From NCBI GenBank assembly GCA_036172245.1, contig JAYWIR010000021.1:1736001-1800000 (forward strand): a DNA stretch of 64,000 bases. Direction: 5' to 3'. The translations under genes were made by a program, and so were the position numbers. This DNA comes from Raillietiella orientalis (taxonomy: Eukaryota). This document shows positions 13,451 through 27,500 of the stretch, one piece after another; position 1 is the first letter of the stretch; the number at the start of each line of letters is the position of its first letter. Below the pieces are notes generated by a model. That model was not told the origin of the DNA. It saw only the letters and a list, made by a program, of their open reading frames with translations, and did no database searches.

Positions 13451-16400
13451 CTATAATAATTTACCCATGCTGGAAAACACAATTACAAAAATAACAACAA
13501 TTACAAAAGATCTCAAGCAATAAACTTCATTTGAAGTAGCAAAAGCTTTGGTTAAAACTGTAGTAACTTCATGGACTTCATGAGAAGCACAAACAAATAT
13601 GAGCGATGTGATGAGAAGATTAAAAACATGACTTCCGGGCAATAGAACCAACATGCCATGAGCATCAGCTGCAAGCCAGATATGGTATTGCATAACAAAT
13701 AGTTCTAACGAAAATCGTCCACATGCAACAAAAAATACAGAACACTTGGAGTTCATAGTAGAGAATATGCTTCGCAGACATGCAAAAGCAATAATCTGAA
13801 GTCATATAACCTAAAAAACAATTTGCATAAAGAAAACTTACTGGGAAAGCCACAATAAATGGATGGATCTTATTATATGAGAATTTATCCAGGAAGGTAA
13901 AAGTAAAAATGGAATACAATGCTAAACCAATTGCAGAAAGAACTCCTAAACATATACGGATGTAGCAATTGGAAATGCTACATTTATCTCTGAAGTGATG
14001 ATATTGCTGTGTCATTTGATATACAAAAGCAAATATCATTCCATACAATGTGCTAACAAGGAATCAAGAATTTATTTTGTCAAATTTAGCACTTCAAAAA
14101 TTTACAAACCTGTAGCAATCTAAAGACCATCGAAAACGCCATTCATGTAAACTGTTCTGGTGATCAGCGAATATATGACACAAGGGATATACATTAAATA
14201 TTTGCATGAAAGTCCACTAAAATAACAGAATCTTGAATGTAAAACTTCATCCTCAAAGGAGCAATACTCACCTCATCATAGTACAAATATGTGATGATCA
14301 TAAACATAACAAGAAATTTCAATACCATAAGCAGCACATAAGTAGAGCTCTTGTCACAGTAATATCTTGTAACCTAATGCACATTTTATAAAAGAATGCA
14401 AAATTTCTTACTTGAGGAGGGCAGATGAGAAACAAATACTGAACCACAAACCAAAATGTTATTAATGGGACGAAATAATACATTTGATATGGGCGGTTCA
14501 TGCAAAAACAAACCAAAATAGTCAAAACATTCAGGCGAAAGAGGACCTACAAAAACCAAAAATAATCAGAAATAGCTAACAATCTCATGTATCCTGCCTG
14601 ATAAAATCGGGAGAAACTAAAATCACCAAACATCCAGAAATAAGTGAAATGCCCATAACCACTCAAAAATAAATAAGAGGATACTAGAACACGAACATGC
14701 ATATAAATTGATGGCACATAACTTGCATTCGTCATGTGATAAACTAAAATGACCACTTGCATCCATCCTTTAAATCAGAAAAACATGATGTAAGTTACAA
14801 TCCTTTAACAAATATAATCAATTCACAAAAGAAATTCAAAAAATACTCTTTACCTTTCCATTCATCAGTATGATCCCTATTCAGAAAACAGCTGGATTTA
14901 CAACTGTCATGAAAAAAAACACCAATTATGAGAAAAACCATCAAAGGGAGGATGAATTCAAGTTGTGAAAATACCTTATTTTCTTTCAAAAAAAAACTTG
15001 AACTGCAAAATCATCTGCATTACATCAAAATCATAAAACCTTGGTACACACACCGATCACATAAGAACATGTAGATCATAATTAGTCCTAATTTTGATAA
15101 GGCATTGAGAATTTCAAAACAGCTAGGACTGATTGGTGCAACGATTTTTTCTAAAGGAGTCAAAGTTTCATGTTTTTTAAAAATTGAATATATTTTCTCA
15201 TATAATTTGTTCATCATAACAACAGTAATGCTAAAAATTGAATACAATTTTTCCCTCATATAAGGAAAATTTCCTTACCAAATCAAAAAGAATCCATAAA
15301 TGAAAATCTGTTGGACTGTAATGGGTTCTGAATGTTTGCAGCACATCCCAGGTGGAACTTTAATATAATCATTGCAGTAAAAATTAAGAAGAATCTAATA
15401 ACAAGCTATCAGTTTACCATAATGATATTTAAAATAAACCTGTAAATCTTTTTGGAGAACTGAATTATTGGCATGCAATCCATCCGACAGCAGTTCCACA
15501 TTATACTGATAGTATTTACTTGCAAGTCTATTTGCACTAGACCAGATTTGGATTCTTGTGTTTGCAAATACCTATTTTGGACATTAAACAATAGCATATC
15601 CAAAAACAATATTATAAGTCACCTCAGCTGCAACACCATTGTACAAACCCAACTGCTCGTTGGTAATCATTTTCCTATGAAAGTTTAATTTTGATGCTAT
15701 AACAGGGTCTTGAAGCATCCAGACTGAGGAGAGATATTGAGAAGATTCACTGTTTAACACCTAAAACAAATACAACACTCTCCATATTATCCAAACCATA
15801 GGAAAGTCAGCCAAGTCATTAGCACAAAAAACAATACTTTTCAAAGTAATCATGATATGTTATTTGCAAAAAGCATAAAAACAATACATCATAATTTATC
15901 AACCATTACACACAAGACTTTAAACATAGAAACAAACCACACCAATGACTTCTGCAAGTTAAGAATTTTGCATATTAAAGTATGATCTCATTTTTCATTT
16001 CTACAGATAATACAAATAAAAATTAAACTAAAAATATGAAAAAACAAAGAAAAATGCTACCTGTTTGATGTTTGATAACATTCTTCTGTAATGAACAAGT
16101 GATTCTTGGGCTCCATTACTGTGCTTAATACTCCAAGCTGCACTTCCTGTTAGCTGGGAAAAAGTTTTCAATGAATTTTTGAGTTTAGGCATAATACCAA
16201 ATCCGCTAGTCTAAATGATCTGTTTCCTTGCCATGTCTCAAGAGTGCGTAATATATCTTCAGGAAATGGAGTCCAGAAAAACTGAACATCAAAATTCAAA
16301 GTATCATTTTTGTATAAAATATCTGCATGTGCTCTTCCCATATGAGGAGTGTGATCAAGCAGAAGTTTAAGAAATGCCTTGAATAGTTCTCGTATCCGAG

Positions 16401-19400
16401 AATCTCCAAGGAAGACCAAGCTTTTGTTTCTTTCATTACTATACCGCAATTCAAAACATTCTTTAAGTTCACTAAAAAGACATTTCATTAAAGTAAGGTT
16501 TAAGACTTTGTAAACATTTGAGAAATGGCTAGTCAATAGTTAACTCATCAGAACCTACTTTGTTAAATATAAATACAAAAAAATGAAAAAAGAATGTTGG
16601 TAAAACTTCAATACACAATGCTGACATGAATTTCCTGCATTTGCAGTATTTAATGCGTATTCCCATGATCATTTGCTCAAACAAACCAAACAAATTTTCC
16701 ATTTGTTCAAATGACTCAATGAAAATACAGTATCAGTGAAATAAGCAACACTACAAAAGTTTTATGACACATAATAAACAAACATAAACAATAAAATAAC
16801 AAAAAAATTAGGAATAATACCGAAATGAAAAAATCAGGACTACAAAAAAAATAAATAACCGAAAGTGGTACATTACTAGTTCAAAAGAATGTTTTGCATT
16901 TCAAACACTGCGCATGTTTGTATTTTTTTTTATTCCAAATAAGTTTGAAATTCTTTTCTTTGACATGTTTCACTTTAACAAGAAATCTGTCACAATTTAC
17001 AGTAAATAAATCATCAATAAATAGATGATGTAAATGAATTACTGTTCTCCTATGATCACTTAAGACCCCCAAAAACTCAATTTTACAATTATTTTTGCAG
17101 ACTAAATTGGGATTCGTATTTTCCACATACATAAAAATCCCTTCTTGACACTGAAGTCAATACCACCACATGCTTGTATTAGTCTAGACAATTCTTGAAA
17201 AACCAAAAGGGTTTTTGTTGTAGCTAACAGATCATCATGACTTTCATTCAAAGACTGCCCTAGTATCACAATGATTACAAACATGTACTCTTGAAATTAC
17301 AGAATACTCTTGAACTTCATAAGAATTTTTGGAAGCTCTGAATCGAATAAAATTACATCAACTGATTTTTCTTTTGAAAAACCTAATGAATTATAGGCAG
17401 GTCATGACTGCTTCTTACTTTCAGAGTACTAATTCATTTGATCAATTTATTTCATAATCAAAACTGATACAGCTCTCAAAATGAAATTCCAATAATAAAT
17501 GAAAGTTAACAACCTCTTTTACACTTTGGTATTTATGGATTTCCATTAAGACATCTAAAAATATCTACATTTTAGAAAAATTGACAATTGTTTTGGAAGA
17601 CAAACATTATAAACTTAACAATAGTGAATCTAGGAATGCATAGTCTACATCTTGATATTCCTGTGTATGATGAGAAATAAAATACAGCAAGGTATCTTAT
17701 CGAAGATACCTTATTGTACAATCCTTCGATAAGAGATGGTGTCGGATTTGACCGGAAAACTTCGATGCCAAAGTACATTTAATAAAAACTCAGGGTAAGA
17801 ATACCAAAATGCTTCTACAGTAGTTCCACAAAATGAATACGTAAGTTTTCGATTTTTTTTTTTAAAACAAATAAAACTGTAATTCATTCTCAGTTTTCAG
17901 AAGAAAATGAAAGGCGACCTAACCAAGAATTTTTTTTTCTTCCCTCCCTCTACACAAATTGTGATGTTTGAAACTGAAATGCTATACTTCTACGAACCCT
18001 TTTCCCATTCCTGTATGGCAAGACACATACAGTAATGAGGAAATGACAAATCTATCCCTCTCACACAAAATGGGGAAATTTGTGAATTAAAGCACGCACA
18101 TCTTGTTTATAAAAACTTGGGGATTCTAATGAGATCCTACAAAAATATTACTAAAATACCAAGATTCGTTATAATTGACAGAAATAATGTAAATGCTGTT
18201 TTATTTTTATCCATTTCTGGCGACTTTGACAAACAAATCTCAATGGGATGTATTGCCTTTTTAAGATCTAATTTTCCCAAGCTTGAAAAAAATAAATTTA
18301 GAATACCATGCACTAGAATATGAAACATAATGCTATAAATATTCAAACATCAATGCAAAGCAAATATGAATCACTTAAGTATGATACATACATTAAAAAA
18401 ATCAATATATTAAAATATGAGACTTATGTTTTATGAAGATACAATTCAACCAGATACTCAATGAAGATTATCCATAAATTTGCTGTAAATCAAATCACAT
18501 AGATCATGTAGGTACAATGCATTTTTGAAAAAATGATAATGAAGTAATAAGCTCTTAAATTTATCAAACAAACCCATTAAAATCTAAGAAATTATAAGCA
18601 TAATTACCTTTGAGAATAATGATGTATCATACAACCATAAGGTTGCCAGAAATCATTGTGTTTAAAATGTCCAAATTTTAATAACCATTCACATGAGTTA
18701 GATTCTAACAAAAATGAAAACAAAAATAAACTTTACATGAACTGATAACACAAGAACACACATGAATGAATGGAAGCTGGATGCTTCCACATGATAATAC
18801 TTAAGCATCACGGAATTTCAAATTAATTAAGACTTATTTTTTGGATTACAAAACAGCTTTCATTTTGCAATATTTCTCAGAACTTTGTGATTGGTAAGAT
18901 ATTTAGGATACTTATAGATGTTTATGTTTTTGTTTTTGATCAATTGAATGCATAAATATATTTTATAACTGTAACTATTAACAGCAGCCTGTTAGCTCCA
19001 ACAAAAATATTTCCAAGAACATATTGCAAAAGATCATTCTTGTAATTATCCATCACGGATTATACACTTTCCAAGGGATTACATGATGATAGTAGGATGC
19101 CCTACTATTGATATTACAATGAAATCGTATAAAATCAACATCAGAACACATATAAACTTGAAATAAGTGAACAATCAGAAGAATGGATTCAAGGCTTGAT
19201 CTTAGTAATATCACACTTTTCTCCATGAAACACATTATTTTGAACTAGACAGAAAGAAGGCTCAGGAAAAACTTAATTTTCCTCAGATCAGATTCTAAGT
19301 ATGCACTTGTGATTATCTCACGACAGCACATGGATTCAAATACCCCAACTTACCATGGATCCTAATGATTACTACTTGATAAACAACTATGCCTATAAAG

Positions 19401-19477
19401 CACAGAAAAGCACACTGTTTTACACTCTTAAAATTTATAAATTTTAAACTACCCTTTTCTATTGTTCCTAACTCCAT
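13451..19477 (-). CDS. CASD1: CAS1-domain sialate O-acetyltransferase-like protein
   Basis: Exon 1 19354-19477 (MELGT..TM), exon ~18608-18704 SCEWLL..WQPYGCMIHHYS, FLGDSRIRELF, WMLQDPV, SDGLH (DxxH intact), LNRDHTDEWKGWMQ, RVLVSSYLFLSGYGHF, MNRPYQMYYFVPL, SLELFVMQYHIWLAAD. Stop at 13451-13453. Confidence 0.93.
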
Positions 19478-22400
19478 AATAAACTAACTATTACTATAAA
19501 ATTACATCACATGTTGACAATGTGAAAAAAATGCAGCATATGTGATCCTGAATGGAAGTTAGTCTTCCTGAAAAGTTTTATCTGGGCATGCAAATGGTGA
19601 TCCATCCTTTCGTGACCATCCCAGAAGATTTTATTCAATCTTCGGTCACTAAACCAAATATCAGCAACACATAATGTAGTCTCGGGTCCCAAAGAAGTAG
19701 GAACTGGGTTAGGAACTGGGTTTGCTGGTTTGGAGTCGAGGAACACTAAGAAGCTGCCTGTGTGCAAAATTTCATTGTACGACAAAACCAAATGTCTTTG
19801 TGTGTACTCATGAATGTATCAATTTACAAAATTCATGTTACAGTTGCCTTAGAGCAAACCGTTAACCCCATGAACCGTTACTCTGGACAGCGATTTAATT
19901 TTAGCGCACACATGACCTTTCAGGACCGTTACCTCCACTTCAGTACCATTTAGTGACTTGTGTTTGAAGCAGATTCCTTGCACTCAGATATGACTGACCG
20001 GCAGCATCTCGTGAAAAAACGATTAGGAATCGAAAGATCGTCGAATACTCTTTCGAAGTTGCATTTGAAAACCATGTTAGAAAGCATCTGTTTCAAAACG
20101 GCCCTCACATGGAACGTTTCGGGTAAAAGGCAATGCTGTCGTAGCAATCTTTCAATTCTTGGAAAGACGTTCACAAGAAAAGCAATTTTCGATTCAACTT
20201 GCTAGAGATTTTTTTTTCTCTCTCTCTCTCTTTTCGCGATAAAAAAAAAATGATGGGAATCCGGCAATGCAAAGTTGAGATTTACACGAATTGACATGAC
20301 CGAGGAAAACGAAATCCCGCAGTGGAAGTTTTTTCGTGGTTGAAATAACAGCAGGTGTGCACGTCTGCAAGGCAAAACTAATGTACATTCGTTTCCAATT
20401 TTTCAAACGGGAATTTCGATTCGCGTACTGTATTGGAGTGTCCCTTCAGGCTGTCGAACTGTCATACCATCAGATGTCGCGAGCGCTCAGCCGCCAACCA
20501 AACCAGGGTCAGGGCTGGCCAACTTATTCTGACCTTTGAACAGGGGAAAGAATCAGAAAATCGGAAGACTGCTCTCGAGAAGATCGGGGGTGTCTCACAT
20601 GATCCGCGGTATAAGTCAAGGGTTCAATCGCACACAGTGCTTAGAAATACTTTTGAGCCTTCCCATGCATTTTAAGAGAAGATGCATACATTTTAAATGA
20701 GTCTTGTGGTCACTTCGAACACTTCATTCGATCCAATTCAGCACTTTCTGTGCGTACCTAACTCCAGAGTCTCAGACCCGTGGCTGATGTTCTTTCGAGA
20801 TTCTGCCTTGGTCAATGAAACCAAAACGTCACTTGGCTTATTATTTGTTTATGATGTTGTTTCAATGATTTGCAGGTACAAATGAACAGGGGAAAACATG
20901 CATTTGCAAAATGCAAATGTGGTATCACTGGTGTAAAAATTGAAGAGTTGTATTAGGGAATCTTTACTATGCAGATATCGGTACCTCCCAAAATCGTCGC
21001 ATACACTGATGATACAGAATCATGCATTTGCTTGTGCTTTGTCACACTTTGAAATCAATGTTTAATGACATTTTTATGGTTAACAAATATGGCGAATTCC
21101 ATGAAAATCATTCATTTTCAAAACATTCACTCTGTGTTCTTAACAGTAGTTCTCCTCATCGTGCTATTGTGTCAATCGGATTAAGATTGTAAAGATGTAT
21201 TTTGTTTCCTCAGCTTCTTGAAACCTTGCATGATAAGTCAAGAGATGAGCGTGAGCACAGTAAGCATTCAAGAAATGAATCAGCATTTGTTTGCATTGAT
21301 CTTCTGCAGTTTCTACATTGCAATCATTTTAAACCTGAGCTCTTCCCAAGCTGTGGTGAATTGCTACCTTTTTTTTTTTTCTTCCTTATTTAGGTATCAT
21401 TATTCTCCGACTACATTTCACTGATTCCATTTCGTTGTGCCACACAGTGCTTCCAATCTAAATTTTTCCTGGGTTTTTTTTTTTCAGGGAATTTCTTTTT
21501 CTTCTTTCTAACGGTATTTCCACAGAGGACGATTCGCTCCACCGGCAAAGAGGATTGATTTCCGTTTAGAATCGAAGAATGCTTTCAAATGTACGTATCA
21601 TGCACGTTTTTTGTACAAAAACATTTAAACCGGTTGTCCGTTCTTTATCACGTGAAAATGTTCAAGTTTTCCCAAAAACATGAGAGCATGCTTACCATTA
21701 AATGAAACGATGAAATTGCAACAAACAAATGGCAAGAAAATCATGAAATGGAATGATAAATGACAATGTACTTGGAGACTGAGATGACTGACGGAGACTT
21801 TGTCTTCCACCTCGATCTGCCTAGAATGACACCGAGAAAATGATGCCCCGCGTGGATCCATGGATTTCACAAATGGATGATATTAATCAGAGGCGCGTGT
21901 AATGTATTGCATATCTGTCGAATACATTACCTACGTTCGCTGCATATTTGCCACGTTCTCGTTCGAGCAGTACAACCACAGGAAGAACAAACGCGAGTTT
22001 TCGTCATTTCAGCCGTTAAGAGGCTTGCAGTTTATTCACAGTTTTGAAATTCAGGAACACCTTTGAAAGCACGCCGTAGAGGTGTTATTCATCAAAACTG
22101 CGGGGGATCCGAGTGCGAGTGAGCGTAAAGAGTTAAATAAGGGCGACTGGGCAAAACGGAAACAACGTCTGAAGCATTCTTTAAGAGGAAGGAACGAGAA
22201 CACTGCGAATTAAGTCATAACAGTGTGTGTAAATGAATCGGAACTCACTCCCATCGTCTGTGCAAAGGGCAAGCTGGAAACATCTTCTCCCGGGTTTCGG
22301 GATGATTCCAGCCGTTCCGTCCGCGGTTCGGTCGACGCGAACGGAACGGAGTGGATCGAGGCGAACTTCGGAAGGCGGTGGTACATAATCGGAGGAGAGT

Positions 22401-24411
22401 GCATTGGAGAAGATCCACCGTGGTTGTCTTATAAGCAGGCCTCCGTGTGAAATCTGCCTCGTAAGCAGGAAGCGAAGGCAATTAAGAAGCGCTGTACAAA
22501 GTTGTACGGTTCGTGTTGCATGAGGTGTCCGGTGTGCACGATCGGCTGTTTTCTCCGAGGCTTCCTCAGTTTCGTTTCAGCGAGATGTTTGGGTAATGCT
22601 TTGGCGTGATGGACCACAACATAATTACGTTTGTAATTTTTGCTTTCATTAATTTGATGGCCGAAGGTACTGCTTTTGTGATTTCATGAGCATTTATTGT
22701 AAGGGGAAAAAAAAAGAAAAATTGATGCTAAAGGTTTTAAACCCCATTTTTCGAACATCATCGTAGTAGTTAGTGAGCATTTCGATTCGTCTTTGTGCTA
22801 AACGAGTCCTGGGAGGACTGGCAGCTGCCAGGATGGTTTTCCTAGGACGAGTTCTCTCGAAACTTGCGTGATCGAAAGATCGAAACGATTCCTTCAAGGA
22901 AAACGGGCTGATGCGTTTCGTTTGGATATTGAAAAAGTGTTTACCAAGACCATGCCGTTCTCCTGCTGAGTAGTTTTTGTTTCCGAAAAGGCGTGCATGC
23001 GAAAAATTCCTCATCCGAAAACCGAAGGCGGGGAGTCCATCGTGCATCGAAAAGAGCTCGAAAGTGTCTTTCGGGTGTTTCTCTCAACTGTGCACGGTGT
23101 GTTGACTGCAGAACGCATTCCGGGCAGACAGAGGAAGACACACACACACACACGGACAAGAGCAGCTTCGTAATGTGCCAAATCGGAGCCAACTTCACAG
23201 CTTTTTCCTTTTTTGTGTGTGTGTGTACATTTCGGGAATGCGCCTGTACTTGGTCGTACACGTTTTCGGATGCCGTGCCTGTGCATGAGTTCGCTTGAAA
23301 AAAAAAAACGGACTGCAGGGGTGAATTCGTTCAAAGAATGGTGAAGAAGTGGATGGTGTGTCCTCCATGGTGGACATCCCATGCGCCGTTCGTCTATCTC
23401 CTCGTGATGTCGGTTGGTTTCAAAGTTTCAAAGACCTCACGGAATGCGTGGAATGGAAACCGTAGAAAACTGCAATTCGATAGCATGGAAACCACGGTTG
23501 AAGGAGCCCGCACTCTTTCATCTGACTTTTTTTTTTTTTTTTCTTTGGGTGGGGGTGGGGGATGCCTTCAACGATAGCGGGAAACGAATTTCGTGCTCTT
23601 TCAAAATTTCATTTGTTTTCATCGTCCTGCTGTGATCCCACAAGAGGGGGGTGGCATTGGAATTAAGGTCGAATTAAGGCTTTTATAAGGTGGAATTCGT
23701 TAATCAAAAGTTTGCTGTTTGCCATCCGATGTGTACATTTAGTAAAGGAAAATTAGAACTGCTTTCCCAAAAACAGTGGTGGAAATAAAATACGAAAGTA
23801 GTAGGCAAGTCATTTTTTTTTAAAAAAAAAAAAAAATGAAACCTAAAACTACATGTAAAGTTTTGCATTATGAATTTCACTGTTTGATGTAAAGCAGAGA
23901 GAGGAAGCAGAAAGGTGGAGAGAAAATGGGTGCTTTCCTTTGTGTTTCTCTTTGCTTTTGCCGGACGTCGGCGAGTTGCAGGAAAACCCTCGAGTGGTTG
24001 AGGAAGTCATCACGCTGCGAGCAGCTCCCCGTAGGGAAAAGGACGCTCGTCAGTCCAACTGGGGCAGCAAATGCCGCAGCTGGAGAAAGGTGGCCGACTC
24101 GTTGGCCCATCTTCCATCTCACCGAACACGAATTCGTTGTTCCGTGAGGTCAGGCAGCGATGCTTTTCGTGGCGGAGAACCCTTTCGTGTTCATTCGATT
24201 CCTCCGTGTTCAAACCCGGAAGCCGGAAGGACACTTTGCAAATCCCGCAACACGCGCGAATCGCAGGGATCAGTTCGAAGGGACAAAATCTCTGCGTCCT
24301 CCGATTTCGTTCCGCTCGAAAACAACAGCGTTTTCCCATATTGCTTGTCACGCATCAACCTTGTTGTATTTCGATGACCTCGAATCGTCATCCGCGAAAC
24401 TTTTGTTCCAG

Positions 24412-24580
24412 GTGACCCGGACGACGCGGTTCCCGTCCTGGACTACTCGCAGGATGGCGATCAGGTAAACTGGAGGGGAGGGGAGGGAACCTTGACCCTT
24501 CCATTCTGCTCTGGTCCTTCCGGCACAGGCAAACCACACTGCATCGGACACGTCGGGAAGTCGGATCACGAGGCGAACAG
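24412..24580 (+). CDS. Putative micro-exons of an unknown gene or relic, related to exon 2 of the Gly/His-rich gene
   Basis: ttttgttccag|24412-24464|gtaaac encodes (G)DPDDAVPVLDYSQDGDQ; cacag|24529-24580|gtaaag continues in frame. No start exon identified. Confidence 0.35.
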
Positions 24581-27500
24581 GTAAAGCTTGAGGTTTTTCT
24601 AGCAGCGATATGATTTCTACAAGTGGAATCCGCTGCTTCTCTCTGTACGCATTTCATGATGCCTTACGGCTCGTTTGACTTCCAGGAAAAATTCCGTTAA
24701 TGCAGTTTTCGCGCTAGAAAAGCAAGAAAGAAAAGAAAAGAAAGAAAGCAAGTCGTGAGTGTGCGCAAAGGAAAACTTTCGTTGAAGCTTCCGATAGAGA
24801 AGGAAATCATAGTGGCAGGAATGAAATGGAGACGTGGCAAGTGCAAGAGGGGAAATAGACGGACAAAAGTCCCACGGGTTCCAAAGCAAGGAAATGGCAG
24901 AAGAAGGAAGAGGGAATCACAGTTGCGGAGAGGCTTTCGCAGGAATCCTCCATCTGTCTTGTGAACCGCTTGCGGCGTTCAAGGGCTCCTGTGGATTTGA
25001 TGATTCGAAAGACAGACGTGGTCTGGAGCATTCCGGGATTTCGGGACCCATTCGTCATATCTCCGTTGCCGTTGCAGTAGGTGCGCGCAGAAAATTAGCA
25101 AGGGCTCCGGTGCTCTTCATGTAATTAGGTGACCCTTTGGTTTCCATGAACTCCATGGCTTGCAATGTAACTTTCTGTTTTCAAAAAAAAAAAAACCAAC
25201 TTGCCGATTATCCGTTCCCATTTTATCGAGCAATCAATTCCCGAGCGTGTCTTCGGGAAACCCTTAGTCATTCCACGAAGCAGAAGGTTTTCAAACGCTG
25301 TGGGCTTCCATTGATTGAGCGGCTCCCATCTTTCATTACCTACTCTTTCTTGGTGTTCCAGGATCCTCCATGCTGAACTCACCCTGAGGACATTTAGCTC
25401 CGTTAGTGCCTCTATTTCTCATTCCCTACTGTGTACTTATCGGATCTGTGACGTTCCCGTTTTTAGCTTGCAAAACGGACGCTTGAATTTGCATTTTCTT
25501 GGGTACTTTAGATCGTTTAAAGCTCTGTTTTGAATCGAAAATGCACAAAGATAAAAAGGTACGCCACGCACTATGTATATAGTGCCCACTCTAGGGAATC
25601 CACGTCCGAAGCGTTGTCATAATTAGGTTCTTTGATCAATACATTACATAACTGGCTAGTGTCGCATCTCCCTCGAGTGTTGCACGGCCTCACTGTGCAA
25701 GAGTGTACAGGACACTGTGTACATTGATTGCAAGTCTCTCAGTGTAAATGGAGTCTGGCGATTGCAACGAATAAACCAGATAATGCAAAAACGCACTTTG
25801 AGAACCGTCAGAAAGCCGCAAAAGACGAAGAAGGGCGAGGAAGATAATGGAAGGATTGCCCACTGTTGCCACCTTGTAGATATTTTCACCTTAAATCAGG
25901 AAGAGCGGATCGTTTTCACTGATGCACACTTAAAAGACGATGTATCCCGTTCTGAGCATCCTTTTGTATTTCCTTACAATGATTTTACACGATTTTCATT
26001 TCTTCTCTCACTCGGGGAGGCAAAAAAATATGGCTCCAGAGTTGTTTTTTTCTTTAATTGGAAATGTGAATTGTAGAATAGAGTATAGGTTGGATCGGAA
26101 TCAAACCCCGTCTAACGTGCATCCAGTGTTCCACAGATGATTTAGAGAAAATCGATGGAAACGGCGGACAGTGGCGTAGGAAAGGTCAATGATGATTCAG
26201 TGCTGGACATTTTATTTTCCTCTGGGAGATCGGATTGCGAGCCCTCTTGTGGATACATTGCTTATACATGGCTTATGGAATCCATGATGAGGAACGAAAT
26301 TAGAGGAAGATGAATTGAAACTTGGCCTTGGAAGGATACAACCGATCGGCAAGTCGAACTTCGGGAGCACAAACCCTCGTAATGCGTAAAATAAGTCAAA
26401 TTTGGAAGGCCGGCATCGGTGAAAAGGAATATATCACAGCCACAGTGGCTTTGCGGTCGGATCCGAGTGGCACAAACAAAAGGCCCACACCCGGAATTTC
26501 GAAGCACGAGCTGAAAAAGTCCCGCTTGAAACGATGCTGTGCTCCCCCGTGCTTCCGGGGGTAATGGGGTGAGCGCACGGACTTTGCCAGCTGCAGTTTC
26601 ACGCAGTGGGACAGTTGACCCTCAGTTGAATTCGCTGGATCCGGGAGACGCAGAGGTCGAGGAGCGGCTCTGTGGCACCCGGGGCAAGCAAGAACTAATG
26701 TTAAGCAAATGGCACGCCGGAAGAATTGGGAGCCACCGTTGCGGTTTTCCGAGAAGCAGCTTCTTCTACCCTCAATATTTGTTGTTCTTTTGATATGTGG
26801 ATTTTTTTTTTTTTTCTTTTCTGATACTCATGTACGCTGATTCACGTGAGGCGAATCCTATGGACTTTTCTTTCTTTCTTTTTTATGAAAGAGTAATTCC
26901 AATTTATAAATATGAGTAGCAGTAACGCAGGTTAAATGGAAGAAAGGGAAAGCTTGCTTCCATTGAGCGACCGAATTTTCACTTATGTGGCTTTTCCCAC
27001 ATTGGCATACGACATGCCTATACGTATGCAGTGAACGGTTACCATGGGGAACATTACGAGATCTTTCTTTGATCTCCTATTTCTTTGCTGTGGTACATCG
27101 GTTCGAGTTGTAATGATGGAACATGTGATTGAAACACCAACACATGCATGATTTTCTGCCAATGAATTAGCTTTTCAGATTGCTGCGCGCGCGAATGTGT
27201 GTGTGTGTGGGTGAGTGGGTGGGTGGGGAATCAGCGAAAAGCTGCTGTTCCTCTTCCTTTGCTATTTGAAAAACTGCGCGCACTCACAAATTCGTCATCA
27301 TTCTGATGAGCTCTTCGTCATCTCGATTGCACCGTTCTCCTCATCTGGAAGCTGTCCCTCTGGACCCACCGATTTTTCTCGTGCTTTTGTCACTGCTGCT
27401 TAGCGACGCGCTCGCCTCGTGATAAAACCTTGCGTTTGGTCCGCCGTCTTCCTCTCAGGTCGATTCGAGTATACCTGGAGGGTGGGGACGTTGGTTTGAG

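Noticed and set aside
15409..15609. ORF-track peptide QESKSGLVQ suggested CASD1 had lost its catalytic DxxH
   Set aside because: Wrong frame; correct splicing gives ELLSDGLHAN with D and H intact.
19507..19791. 94-aa minus-strand ORF upstream of CASD1 as a further operon gene
   Set aside because: No recognisable homology or convincing splice structure; it includes a short AGGAACTGGGTT duplication.
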